Assembly (NCBI GenBank): GCA_964057225.1
Contig: OZ059895.1
Location: 22,010,001-22,074,000, forward strand
DNA length: 64,000 nucleotides
Origin: Auanema rhodensis
Lineage: Eukaryota > Animalia > Nematoda
Reading direction: 5' to 3'
A program made the position numbers and the translations under genes. The notes beneath the pieces were generated by a model, which searched no databases, was not told the DNA's origin, and saw nothing but the letters and a program-made list of their open reading frames with translations. This document shows positions 1 through 14,959 of the stretch, in pieces; position 1 is the stretch's first letter, and each line of letters begins with the position of its first letter.

Positions 1-3000
1 GTCTAAAAACAAATTTTTATTAATATTGGTGCATGGTAACCATGACTTTGAAATTTACGTGAACTTTAATTTATGCTAATTAAGTGTACACATGATGTGC
101 GCTTGGTATGTAACTCGCTTCACGTGAAAGATAAAGAGATGCGGTTTCCAAAATTAGATTCCCCATGTCCATATTAGTCTAAAAACAATTTTTTATCAAT
201 ATTGGTGCATGGTAACCATGACTTTGAAATTTACGTGAACTTTAATTTATGCTAATTAAGTGTACACATGATGTGCGCTTGGTATGTAACTCTCTTCACG
301 TGAAAGATAAAGAGATGCGGTTTTCAAAATTAGATTCCTCATGTCCATATTAGTCTAAAAACGAATTTTTATTGATATTAATGCATGGTAACCATGACTT
401 TAAAATTTACGTGAACTTTAATTTATGCTAATTAAGTGTACACATGATATGCACTTGGTATGTAACTCGCTTCACGTCAAAGATAAAGAGATGCGGTTTT
501 CAAAATTAGATTCCCCATGTCCATATTAGCCTAAAAACAAATTTTTTATTGATATTGGTGCATGGTAACCATGACTTTGAAATTTACGTGAACTTTAATT
601 TATGCTAATTAAGTGTACACGTGATGTGCACTTGGTATGTAACTCGCTTCACGTGAAAGATAAAGAGATGCGGTTTTCAAAATTAGATTCCCCATGTCCA
701 TATTAGTCTAAACACAAATTTTTATTGATATTGGTGCATGGTAACCATGACTTTGAAATTTACGTGAACTTTAATTTATGCTAATTAAGTGTACACGTGA
801 TGTGCACTTGGTATGTAACTCGCTTCACGTGAAAGATAAAAAGATGCGGTTTTCAAAATTAGATTCCCCATGTCCATGTTAGTCTAAAAACAAATTTTTT
901 ATTGATATTGGTGCATGGTAACCATGACTTTGAAATTTACGTGAACTTTAATTTATGCTAATTAAGTGTACACGTGATGTGCACTTGGTATGTAACTCGC
1001 TTCACGTGAAAGATAAAGAGATGCGGTTTTCAAAATTAGATTCCCCATGTCCATATTAGTCTAAACACAAATTTTTATTGATATTGGTGCATGGTAACCA
1101 TGACTTTGAAATTTACGTGAACTTTAATTTATGCTAATTAAGTGTACACGTGATGTGCACTTGGTATGTAACTCGCTTCACGTGAAAGATAAAAAGATGC
1201 GGTTTTCAAAATTAGATTCCCCATGTCCATGTTAGTCTAAAAACAAATTTCTATTAATATTGGTGCATGGTAACTATGACTTTGAAATTTACGTGAACTT
1301 TAATTTATGCTAATTAAGTGTACACATGATGTGCACTTGGTATGTAACTCGCTTCAAGTGAAAGATAAAGAGATGCGCTTTTCAAAATTAGATTTCGCAT
1401 GTCCATATTAGTCTAAAAACAAATTTTTATTGATATTGGTGCATGGTAACCATGACTTTAAAATGTACGTGAACTTTAATTTATGCTAATTAAGTGTACA
1501 CATGATGTGCACTTGGTATGTAACTCGCTTCACGTCAAAGATAAAGAGATGCGGTTTTCAAAATTAGATTCCCCATGTCCATATTAGTCTAAAAACAAAT
1601 TTTTATTAATATTGGTGCATGGTAACCATGACTTTGCAATTTACGTGAACTTTAATTTATGCTAATTAAGTGTACACATGATGTGCACTTGGTATGTAAC
1701 TCGCTTCACGTCAAAGATAAAAAGATGAGGTTTTCAAAATTAGATTCCCCATGTCCATATTAGTCTAAAAACAAATTTTTATTAATATTGGTGCATGGTA
1801 ACCATGACTTTGAAATTTACGTGAACTTTAATTTATGCTAATTAAGTGTACACATGATGTGCGCTTGGTATGTAACTCGCTTCACGTGAAAGATAAAGAG
1901 ATGCGGTTTCCAAAATTAGATTCCCCATGTCCATATTAGTCTAAAAACAAATTTTTATTGATATTGGTGCATGGCAACCATGACTTTAAAATTTACGTGA
2001 ACTTTAATTTATGCTAATTAAGTGTACACATGATGTGCACTTGGTATGTAACTCGCTTCACGTCAAAGATAAAAAGATGAGGTTTTCAAAATTAGATTCC
2101 CCATGTCCATATTAGTCTAAAAACAAATTTTTATTAATATTGGTGCATGGTAACCATGACTTTGAAATTTACGTGAACTTTAATTTATGCTAATTAAGTG
2201 TACACATGATATGCACTTGGTATGTAACTCGCTTCACGTCAAAGATAAAGAGATGCGGTTTTCAAAATTAGATTCCCCATGTCCATATTAGTCTAAAAAC
2301 AAATTTTTATTGATATTGGTGCATGGCAACCATGACTTTAAAATTTACGTGAACTTTAATTTATGCTAATTAAGTGTACACATGATATGCACTTGGTATG
2401 TAACTCGCTTCACGTCAAAGATAAAGAAATGCGGTTTTCAAAATTAGATTCCCCATGTCCATATTAGTCTAAAAACGAATTTTTATTGATATTGGTGGAT
2501 GGTAACCATGACTTTAAAACTTACGTGAACTTCAATTTATGCTAATTAAGTGTACACATGATGTGCACTTGGTATATAACTCGCTTCACTCAAAGATAAA
2601 GAGATGCGGTTTTCAAAATTAGATTCCCCATGTCCATATTAGTCTAAAAACAATTTTTTATCAATATTGGTGCATGGTAACCATGACTTTGAAATTTACG
2701 TGAACTTTAATTTATGCTAATTAAGTGTACACATGATGTGCGCTTGGTATGTAACTCTCTTCACGTGAAAGATAAAGAGATGCGGTTTTCAAAATTAGAT
2801 TCCTCATGTCCATATTAGTCTAAAAACGAATTTTTATTGATATTAATGCATGGTAACCATGACTTTAAAATTTACGTGAACTTTAATTTATGCTAATTAA
2901 GTGTACACATGATATGCACTTGGTATGTAACTCGCTTCACGTCAAAGATAAAGAGATGCGGTTTTCAAAATTAGATTCCCCATGTCCATTTTAGTCTAAA

Positions 3001-6000
3001 AACGAATTTTTATTGATATTGGTGGATGGTAACCATGACTTTAAAACTTACGTGAACTTCAATTTATGCTAATTAAGTGTACACGTGATGTGCACTTGGT
3101 ATGTAACTCGCTTCACGTGAAAGATAAAGAGATGCGGTTTTCAAAATTAGATTCATCATGTCCATATTAGCCTAAAAACAAATTTTTTATTGATATTGGT
3201 GCATGGTAACCATGACTTTGAAATTTACGTGAACTTTAATTTATGCTAATTAAGTGTACACGTGATGTGCACTTGGTATGTAACTCGCTTCACGTGAAAG
3301 ATAAAGAGATGCGGTTTTCAAAATTAGATTCCCCATGTCCATATTAGTCTAAACACAAATTTTTATTGATATTGGTGCATGGTAACCATGACTTTGAAAT
3401 TTACGTGAACTTTAATTTATGCTAATTAAGTGTACACGTGATGTGCACTTGGTATGTAACTCGCTTCACGTCAAAGATAAAGAGATGCGGTTTTCAAAAT
3501 TAGATTCCCCATGTCCATTTTAGTCTAAAAACGAATTTTTATTGATATTGGTGGATGGTAACCATGACTTTAAAATTTACGTGAACTTTAATTTATGCTA
3601 ATTAAGTGTACACATGATGTGCACTTGGTATGTAACTCGCTTCACGTCAAAGATAAAGAGATGCGGTTTTCAAAATTAGATTCCCCATGTCCATATTAGT
3701 CTAAAAACAAATTTTTATTAATATTGGTGCATGGTAACCATGACTTTGAAATTTACGTGAACTTTAATTTATGCTAATTAAGTGTACACATGATGTGCAC
3801 TTGGTATGTAACTCGCTTCACGTCAAAGATAAAAAGATGAGGTTTTCAAAATTAGATTCCCCATGTCCATATTAGTCTAAAAACAAATTTTTATTAATAT
3901 TGGTGCATGGTAACCATGACTTTGAAATTTACGTGAACTTTAATTTATGCTAATTAAGTGTACACATGATGTGCGCTTGGTATGTAACTCGCTTCACGTG
4001 AAAGATAAAGAGATGCGGTTTCCAAAATTAGATTCCCCATGTCCATATTAGTCTAAAAACAAATTTTTATTGATATTGGTGCATGGCAACCATGACTTTA
4101 AAATTTACGTGAACTTTAATTTATGCTAATTAAGTGTACACATGATGTGCACTTGGTATGTAACTCGCTTCACTCAAAGATAAAGAGATGCGGTTTTCAA
4201 AATTAGATTCCCCATGTCCATATTAGTCTAAAATCAATTTTTTATCAATATTGGTGCATGGTAACCATGACTTTGAAATTTACGTGAACTTTAATTTATG
4301 CTAATTAAGTGTACACATGATGTGCGCTTGGTATGTAACTCGCTTCACGTGAAAGATAAAGAGATGCGGTTTTCAAAATTAGATTCCTCATGTCCATATT
4401 AGTCTAAAAACGAATTTTTATTGATATTAATGCATGGTAACCATGACTTTAAAATTTACGTGAACTTTAATTTATGCTAATTAAGTGTACACATGATATG
4501 CACTTGGTATGTAACTCGCTTCACGTCAAAGATAAAGAGATGCGGTTTTCAAAATTAGATTCCCCATGTCCATTTTAGTCTAAAAACGAATTTTTATTGA
4601 TATTGGTGGATGGTAACCATGACTTTAAAACTTACGTGAACTTCAATTTATGCTAATTAAGTGTACACGTGATGTGCACTTGGTATGTAACTCGCTTCAC
4701 GTGAAAGATAAAGAGATGCGGTTTTCAAAATTAGATTCATCATGTCCATATTAGCCTAAAAACAAATTTTTTATTGATATTGGTTCATGGTAACCATGAC
4801 TTTGAAATTTACGTGAACTTTAATTTATGCTAATTAAGTGTACACGTGATGTGCACTTGGTATGTAACTCGCTTCACGTGAAAGATAAAGAGATGCGGTT
4901 TTCAAAATTAGATTCCCCATGTCCATATTAGTCTAAACACAAATTTTTATTGATATTGGTGCATGGTAACCATGACTTTGAAATTTACGTGAACTTTAAT
5001 TTATGCTAATTAAGTGTACACGTGATGTGCACTTGGTATGTAACTCGCTTCACGTGAAAGATAAAAAGATGAGGTTTTCAAAATTAGATTCCCCATGTCC
5101 ATATTAGTCTAAAAACAAATTTTTATTAATATTGGTGCATGGTAACCATGACTTTGAAATTTACGTGAACTTTAATTTATGCTAATTAAGTGTACACATG
5201 ACGTGCGCTTGGTATGTAACTCGCTTCACGTGAAAGATAAAGAGATGCGGTTTCCAAAATTAGATTCCCCATGTCCATATTAGTCTAAAAACAAATTTTT
5301 ATTGATATTGGTGCATGGCAACCATGACTTTAAAATTTACGTGAACTTTAATTTATGCTAATTAAGTGTACACATGATGTGCACTTGGTATGTAACTCGC
5401 TTCACTCAAAGATAAAGAGATGCGGTTTTCAAAATTAGATTCCCCATGTCCATATTAGTCTAAAAACAATTTTTTATCAATATTGGTGCATGGTAACCAT
5501 GACTTTGAAATTTACGTGAACTTTAATTTATGCTAATTAAGTGTACACATGATGTGCGCTTGGTATGTAACTCTCTTCACGTGAAAGATAAAGAGATGCG
5601 GTTTTCAAAATTAGATTCCTCATGTCCATATTAGTCTAAAAACGAATTTTTATTGATATTAATGCATGGTAACCATGACTTTAAAATTTACGTGAACTTT
5701 AATTTATGCTAATTAAGTGTACACATGATATGCACTTGGTATGTAACTCGCTTCACGTCAAAGATAAAGAGATGCGGTTTTCAAAATTAGATTCCCCATG
5801 TCCATTTTAGTCTAAAAACGAATTTTTATTGATATTGGTGGATGGTAACCATGACTTTAAAACTTACGTGAACTTCAATTTATGCTAATTAAGTGTACAC
5901 GTGATGTGCACTTGGTATGTAACTCGCTTCACGTGAAAGATAAAGAGATGCGGTTTTCAAAATTAGATTCATCATGTCCATATTAGCCTAAAAACAAATT

Positions 6001-8625
6001 TTTTATTGATATTGGTGCATGGTAACCATGACTTTGAAATTTACGTGAACTTTAATTTATGCTAATTAAGTGTACACATGATGTGCGCTTGGTATGTAAC
6101 TCGCTTCACGTGAAAGATAAAGAGATGCGGTTTTCATAATTAGATTCCCCATTTCCATATTAGTCTAAAAACAAATTTTTATTAATATTGGTGCATGGTA
6201 ACCATGACTTTGAAATTTACGTGAACTTTAATTTATGCTAATTAAGTGTACACATGATGTGCACTTGGTATGTAACTCGCTTCACGTGAAAGATGAAGAG
6301 ATGCGGTTTTCAAAATTAGATTCCCCATGTCCATATTAGTCTAAAAACAAATTTTTATTAATATTGGTGCATGATAACCATGACTTTGAAATTTACGTGA
6401 ACTTTAATTTATGCTAATTAAGTGTACACATGATGTGCACTTGGTATGTAACTCGCTTCACGTCACAGATAAAGAGATGCGGTTTTCAAAATTAGATTTC
6501 GCATGTCCATATTAGTCTAAAAACAAATTTTTATTAATATTGGTGCATGATAACCATGACTTTGAAATTTACGTGAACTTTAATTTATGCTAATTAAGTG
6601 TACACATGATGTGCACTTGGTATGTAACTCGCTTCACGTGAAAGATAAAGAGATGCGGTTTTCCAAATTAGATTTCGCATGTCCATATTAGTCTAAAAAC
6701 AAATTTTTATTGATATTGGTGCATGGTAACCATGACTTTGAAATTTACGTGAACTTTAATTTATGCTAATTAAGTGTACACATGATGTGCACTTGGTATG
6801 TAACTCGCTTCACGTGAAAGATGAAGAGATGCGGTTTTCAAAATTAGATTCCTCATGTCCATATTAGTCTAAAAACGAATTTTTATTGATATTGATGCAT
6901 GGTAACCATGACTTTGAAATTTACGTGAACTTTAATTTATGCTAATTAAGTGTACACATGATGTGCACTTGGTATGTAACTCGCTTCACGTCACAGATAA
7001 AGAGATGCGGTTTTCAAAATTAGATTCCCCATGTCCATATTAGTCTAAAAACGAATTTTTATTGATATTGGTGAATGGTAACCATGACTTTAAAATTTAC
7101 GTGAACTTCAATTTATGCTAATTAAGTGTACACGTGATGTGCACTTGGTATGTAACTCGCTTCACGTGAAAGATAAAGGGATGCGGTTTTCAAAATTAGA
7201 TTCCCCATGTCCATATTAGTCTAAAAACAAATTTTTATTGATATTGATGCATGGTAACCATGACTTTAAAATTTACGTGAACTTCAATTTATGCTAATTA
7301 AGTGTACACGTGATGTGCACTTGGTATGTAACTCGCTTCACGTGAAAGATGAAGAGATGCGGTTTTCAAAATTAGATTCCTCATGTCCATATTAGTCTAA
7401 AAACGAATTTTTATTGATATTGATGTATGGTAACCATGACTTTGAAATTTACGTGAACTTTAATTTATGCTTATTAAGTGTACACGTGATGTGCACTTGG
7501 TATGTAACTCGCTTCACGTGAAATATAAAGGGATGCGGTTTTCAAAATTAGATTCCCCATGTCCATATTAGTCTAAAAACAAACTTTTATTGATATTGGT
7601 GCATGGTAACCATGACTTTAAAATTTACGTGAACTTTAATTTATGCTAATTAAGTGTACACATGATGTGCACTTGGTATGTAACTCGCTTCACGTGAAAG
7701 ATAAAGAGATGCGGTTTTCAAAATAGATTCCCCATTTCCATATTAGTCTAAAAACAAATTTTTATTGATATTGGTGCATGGCAACCATGACTTTGAAATT
7801 TACGTGAACTTTAATTTATGCTAATTAAGTGTACACATGATGTGCACTTGGTATGTAACTCGCTTCAAGTCAAAGATAAAGAGATGCGGTTTTCAAAATT
7901 AGATTCCCCATGTCCATATTAGTCTAAAAACAAATTTTTATTAATATTGGTGCATGGTAACCATGACTTTGAAATTTACGTGAACTTTAATTTATGCTAA
8001 TTAAGTGTACACATGATGTGCACTTGGTATGTAACTCGCTTCACGTGAAAGATAAAGAGATGCGGTTTTCCAAATTAGATTTCGCATGTCCATATTAGTC
8101 TAAAAACAAATTTTTATTGATATTGGTGCATGGTAACCATGACTTTGAAATTTACGTGAACTTTAATTTATGCTAATTAAGTGTACACATGATGTGCACT
8201 TGGTATGTAACTCGCTTCACGTGAAAGATGAAGAGATGCGGTTTTCAAAATTAGATTCCTCATGTCCATATTAGTCTAAAAACGAATTTTTATTGATATT
8301 GATGCATGGTAACCATGACTTTGAAATTTACGTGAACTTTAATTTATGCTAATTAAGTGTACACATGATGTGCACTTGGTATGTAACTCGCTTCACGTCA
8401 CAGATAAAGAGATGCGGTTTTCAAAATTAGATTCCCCATGTCCATATTAGTCTAAAAACAAATTTTTGTTGATATTGGTGGATGGTAACCATGACTTTAA
8501 AATTTACGTGAACTTCAATTTATGCTAATTAAGTGTACACGTGATGTGCACTTGGTATGTAACTCGCTTCAAGTCAAAGATAAAGAGATACGGTTTTCAA
8601 AATTAGATTCCCCATGTCCATATTA

Positions 8626-8801
8626 GTCTAAAAACAAATTTTTATTAATATTGGTGCATGGTAACCATGACTTTGAAATTTACGTGAACTTTAATTTATG
8701 CTAATTAAGTGTACACATGATGTGCACTTGGTATGTAACTCGCTTCACGTCAAAGATAAAGAGATGCGGTTTTCAAAATTAGATTCCCCATGTCCATATT
8801 A
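8626..8801 (+). repeat. Representative near-consensus 176-bp monomer
   Basis: Runs from GTCTAAAAAC to CCATATTA with only the common alleles; the next monomer begins at 8802. Confidence 0.95.
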
Positions 8802-11800
8802 GTCTAAAAACAAATTTTTATTGATATTGGTGCATGGTAACCATGACTTTGAAATTTACGTGAACTTTAATTTATGCTAATTAAGTGTACACATGATGTG
8901 CGCTTGGTATGTAACTCGCTTCACGTGAAAGATAAAGAGATGCGGTTTTCATAATTAGATTCCCCATTTCCATATTAGTCTAAAAACAAATTTTTAGTAA
9001 TATTGGTGCATGGTAACCATGACTTTGAAATTTACGTGAACTTTAATTTATGCTAATTAAGTGTACACATGATGTGCACTTGGTATGTAACTCGCTTCAC
9101 GTGAAAGATAAAGAGATGCGGTTTTCCAAATTATATTCCCCATGTCCATATTAGTCTAAAAACAAATTTTTATTAATATTGGTGCATGGTAACCATGACT
9201 TTGAAATTTACGTGAACTTTAATTTATGCTAATTAAGTGTACACATGATGTGCACTTGGTATGTAACTCGCTTCACGTGAAAGATAAAGAGATGCGGTTT
9301 TCCAAATTAGATTTCGCATGTCCATATTAGTCTAAAAACAAATTTTTATTGATATTGGTGCATGGTAACCATGACTTTGAAATTTACGTGAACTTTAATT
9401 TATGCTAATTAAGTGTACACATGATGTGCACTTGGTATGTAACTCGCTTCACGTGAAAGATGAAGAGATGCGGTTTTCAAAATTAGATTCCTCATGTCCA
9501 TATTAGTCTAAAAACGAATTTTTATTGATATTGGTGCATGGTAACCATGACTTTGAAATTTACGTGAACTTTAATTCATGTTTATTAAGTGTACACGTGA
9601 TGTGCACTTGGTATGTAACTCGCTTCACGTGAAAGATAAAGAGATGCGGTTTTCAAAATTAGATTCCCCATTTCCATATTAGTCTAAAAACAAATTTTTA
9701 TTGATATTGGTGCATGGCAACCATGACTTTAAAATTTACGTGAACTTTTATTTATGCTAATTAAGTGTACACATGATGTGCACTTGGTATGTAACTCGTT
9801 TCACGTCAAAGATAAAGAGATGCGGTTTTCAAAATTGGATTCCCCATGTCCATATTAGTCTAAAAACAAATTTTTATTAATATTGGTGCATGGTAACCAT
9901 GACTTTGAAATTTACGTGAACTTTAATTTATGCTAATTAAGTGTACACATGATGTGCGCTTGGTATGTAACTCGTTTCACGTCAAAGATAAAGAGATGCG
10001 GTTTTCAAAATTGGATTCCCCATGTCCATATTAGTCTAAAAACAAATTTTTATTAATATTGGTGCATGGTAACCATGACTTTGAAATTTACGTGAACTTT
10101 AATTTATGCTAATTAAGTGTACAGATGATGTGCGCTTGGTATGTAACTCGCTTCACGTGAAAGATAAAGAGATGCGGTTTTCAAAATTAGATTCCCCATT
10201 TCCATATTAGTCTAAAAACAATTTTTTATTAATATTGGTGCATGGTAACCATGACTTTGAAATTTACGTGAACTTTAATTTATGCTAATTAAGTGTACAC
10301 ATGATGTGCACTTGGTATGTAACTCGTTTCACGTCAAAGATGAAGAGATGCGGTTTTCAAAATTGGATTCCCCATGTCTATATTAGTCTAAAAACAAATT
10401 TTTATTAATATTGGTGCATGGTAACCATGACTTTGAAATTTACGTGAACTTTAATTTATGCTAATTAAGTGTACACATGATGTGCACTTGGTATGTAACT
10501 CGCTTCACGTGAAAGATGAAGAGATGCGGTTTTCAAAATTAGATTCCCCATGTCCATATTAGTCTAAAAACAAATTTTTATTAATATTGGTGCATGGCAA
10601 CCATGACTTTAAAATTTACGTGAACTTTAATTTATGCTAATTAAGTGTACACATGATGTGCACTTGGTATGTAACTCGCTTCACGTGAAAGATAAAGAGA
10701 TGCGGTTTTCAAAATAGATTCCCCATTTCCATATTAGTCTAAAAACAAATTTTTATTGATATTGGTGCATGGCAACCATGACTTTAAAATTTACGTGAAC
10801 TTTAATTTATGCTAATTAAGTGTACACATGATGTGCACTTGGTATGTAACTCGCTTCACGTCAAAGATAAAGAGAAGAGGTTTTCAAAATTAGATTCCCC
10901 ATGTCAATATTAGTCTAAAAACAAATTTTTATTAATATTGGTGCATGGTAACCATGACTTTGAAATTTACGTGAACTTTAATTTATGCTAATTAAGTGTA
11001 CACATGATGTGCGCTTGGTATGTAACTCGCTTCACGTGAAAGATAAAGAGATGCGGTTTTCATAATTAGATTCCTCATTTCCATATTAGTCTAAAAACAA
11101 ATTTTTATTAATATTGGTGCATGGTAACCATGACTTTGAAATTTACGTGAACTTTAATTTATGCTAATTAAGTGTACACATGATGTGCACTTGGTATGTA
11201 ACTCGCTTCACGTGAAAGATGAAGAGATGCGGTTTTCAAAATTAGATTCCCCATGTCCATATTAGTCTAAAAACAAATTTTTATTAATATTGGTGCATGG
11301 TAACCATGACTTTGAAATTTACGTGAACTTTAATTTATGCTAATTAAGTGTACACATGATGTGCACTTGGTATGTAACTCGCTTCACGTGAAAGATAAAG
11401 AGATGCGGTTTTCCAAATTAGATTTCGCATGTCCATATTAGTCTAAAAACAAATTTTTATTGATATTGGTGCATGGTAACCATGACTTTGAAATTTACGT
11501 GAACTTTAATTTATGCTAATTAAGTGTACACATGATGTGCACTCGGTATGTAACTCGCTTCACGTGAAAGATGAAGAGATGCGGTTTTCAAAATTAGATT
11601 CCTCATGTCCATATTAGTCTAAAAACGAATTTTTATTGATATTGGTGCATGGTAACCATGACTTTGAAATTTACGTGAACTTTAATTTATGCTTATTAAG
11701 TGTACACGTGATGTGCACTTGGTATGTAACTCGCTTAACGTGAAATATAAAGGAATGCGGTTTTCAAAATTAGATTCCCCATGTCCATATTAGTCTAAAA

Positions 11801-14800
11801 ACAAATTTTTATTGATATTGGTGCATGGTAACCATGACTTTAAAATTTACGTGAACTTTAATTTATGCTAATTAAGTGTACACATGATGTGCACTTGGTA
11901 TGTAACTCGCTTCACGTCAAAGATAAAGAGATGCGGTTTTCAAAATAGATTCCCCATTTCCATATTAGTCTAAAAACAAATTTTTATTGATATTGGTGCA
12001 TGGCAACCATGACTTTAAAATTTACGTGAACTTTAATTTATGCTAATTAAGTGTACACATGATGTGCACTTGGTATGTAACTCGCTTCACGTCAAAGATA
12101 AAGAGAAGAGGTTTTCAAAATTAGATTCCCCATGTCAATATTAGTCTAAAAACAAATTTTTATTAATATTGGTGCATGGTAACCATGACTTTGAAATTTA
12201 CGTGAACTTTAATTTATGCTAATTAAGTGTACACATGATGTGCGCTTGGTATGTAACTCGCTTAACGTGAAATATAAAGGAATGCGGTTTTCAAAATTAG
12301 ATTCCCCATGTCCATATTAGTCTAAAAACAAATTTTTATTGATATTGGTGCATGGTAACCATGACTTTAAAATTTACGTGAACTTTAATTTATGCTAATT
12401 AAGTGTACACATGATGTGCACTTGGTATGTAACTCGCTTCACGTCAAAGATAAAGAGATGCGGTTTTCAAAATTAGATTCCCCATGTCCATATTAGTCTA
12501 AAAACAAATTTTTATTAATATTGGTGCATGGTAACCATGACTTTGAAATTTACGTGAAGTTTAATTTATGCTTATTAAGTGTACACGTGATGTGCACTTG
12601 GTATGTAACTCGCTTCACGTGAAATATAAAGGGATGCGGTTTTCAAAATTAGATTCCCCATGTCCATATTAGTCTAAAAACAAATTTTTATTGATATTGG
12701 TGCATGGTAACCATGACTTTGAAATTAACGTGAACTTTAATTTATGCTAATTAAGTGTACACATGATGTGCACTTGGTATGTAACTCGCTTCACGTCAAA
12801 GATAAAGAGATGCGGTTTTCAAAATTAGATTCCCCATGTCCATATTAGTCTAAAAACAAATTTTTATTAATATTGGTGCATGGTAACCATGACTTTGAAA
12901 TTTACGTGAACTTTAATTTATGCTAATTAAGTGTACACGTGATGTGCACTTGGTATTTAACTCGCTTCACGTGAAAGATAAAGAGATGCGGTTTTCAAAA
13001 TTAGATTCCCCATGTCCATATTAGTCTAAACACAAATTTTTATTGATATTGGTGCATGGTAACCATGACTTTGAAATTTACGTGAACTTTAATTTATGCT
13101 AATTAAGTGTACACGTGATGTGCTCTTGGTATGTAACTCGCTTCACGTGAAAGATAAAGAGATGCGGTTTTCAAAATTAGATTCCCCATTTCCATATTAG
13201 TCAAAAAACAAATTTTTATTGATATTGGTGCATGGCAACCATGACTTTAAAATTTACGTGAACTTTAATTTATGCTAATTAAGTGTACACGTGATGTGCA
13301 CTTGGTATGTAACTCGCTTCACGTGAAATATAAAGGGATGCGGTTTTCAAAATTAGATTCCCCATGTCCATATTAGTCTAAAAACAAATTTTTATTAATA
13401 TTGGTGCATGGTAACCATGACTTTGAAATTTACGTGAAGTTTAATTTATGCTTATTAAGTGTACACGTGATGTGCACTTGGTATGTAACTCGCTTCACGT
13501 GAAATATAAAGGGATGCGGTTTTCAAAATTAGATTCCCCATGTCCATATTAGTCTAAAAACAAATTTTTATTGATATTGGTGCATGGTAACCATGACTTT
13601 GAAATTAACGTGAACTTTAATTTATGCTAATTAAGTGTACACATGATGTGCACTTGGTATGTAACTCGCTTCACGTCAAAGATAAAGAGATGCGGTTTTC
13701 AAAATTAGATTCCCCATGTCCATATTAGTCTAAAAACAAATTTTTATTAATATTGGTGCATGGTAACCATGACTTTGAAATTTACGTGAACTTTAATTTA
13801 TGCTAATTAAGTGTACACGTGATGTGCACTTGGTATTTAACTCGCTTCACGTGAAAGATAAAGAGATGCGGTTTTCAAAATTAGATTCCCCATGTCCATA
13901 TTAGTCTAAAAACAAATTTTTATTGATATTGGTGCATGGTAACCATGACTTTAAAATTTACGTGAACTTTAATTTATGCTAATTAAGTGTACACATGATG
14001 TGCACTTGGTATGTAACTCGCTTCACGTCAAAGATAAAGAGATGCGGTTTTCAAAATTAGATTCCCCATGTCCATATTAGTCTAAAAACAAATTTTTATT
14101 AATATTGGTGCATGGTAACCATGACTTTGAAATTTACGTGAAGTTTAATTTATGCTTATTAAGTGTACACGTGATGTGCACTTGGTATGTAACTCGCTTC
14201 ACGTGAAATATAAAGGGATGCGGTTTTCAAAATTAGATTCCCCATGTCCATATTAGTCTAAAAACAAATTTTTATTGATATTGGTGCATGGTAACCATGA
14301 CTTTGAAATTAACGTGAACTTTAATTTATGCTAATTAAGTGTACACATGATGTGCACTTGGTATGTAACTCGCTTCACGTCAAAGATAAAGAGATGCGGT
14401 TTTCAAAATTAGATTCCCCATGTCCATATTAGTCTAAAAACAAATTTTTATTAATATTGGTGCATGGTAACCATGACTTTGAAATTTACGTGAACTTTAA
14501 TTTATGCTAATTAAGTGTACACGTGATGTGCACTTGGTATTTAACTCGCTTCACGTGAAAGATAAAGAGATGCGGTTTTCAAAATTAGATTCCCCATGTC
14601 CATATTAGTCTAAACACAAATTTTTATTGATATTGGTGCATGGTAACCATGACTTTGAAATTTACGTGAACTTTAATTTATGCTAATTAAGTGTACACGT
14701 GATGTGCTCTTGGTATGTAACTCGCTTCACGTGAAAGATAAAGAGATGCGGTTTTCAAAATTAGATTCCCCATGTCCATATTAGTCTAAACACAAATTTT

Positions 14801-14959
14801 TATTGATATTGGTGCATGGTAACCATGACTTTGAAATTTACGTGAACTTTAATTTATGCTAATTAAGTGTACACGTGATGTGCTCTTGGTATGTAACTCG
14901 CTTCACGTGAAAGATAAAGAGATGCGGTTTTCAAAATTAGATTCCCCATTTCCATATTA

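Noticed and set aside
110-170. CENP-B box
   Set aside because: No NTTCGNNNNANNCGGGN match seen on either strand; CGGG/CCCG does not occur in the consensus.
1-176. Identity with Brassica CentBr, Arabidopsis CEN178, alpha satellite or honeybee AluI 176-bp repeat
   Set aside because: Only the length is similar. The consensus has no AAGCTT or AGCT site and I recognise no shared motifs; a BLAST search is needed to settle it.
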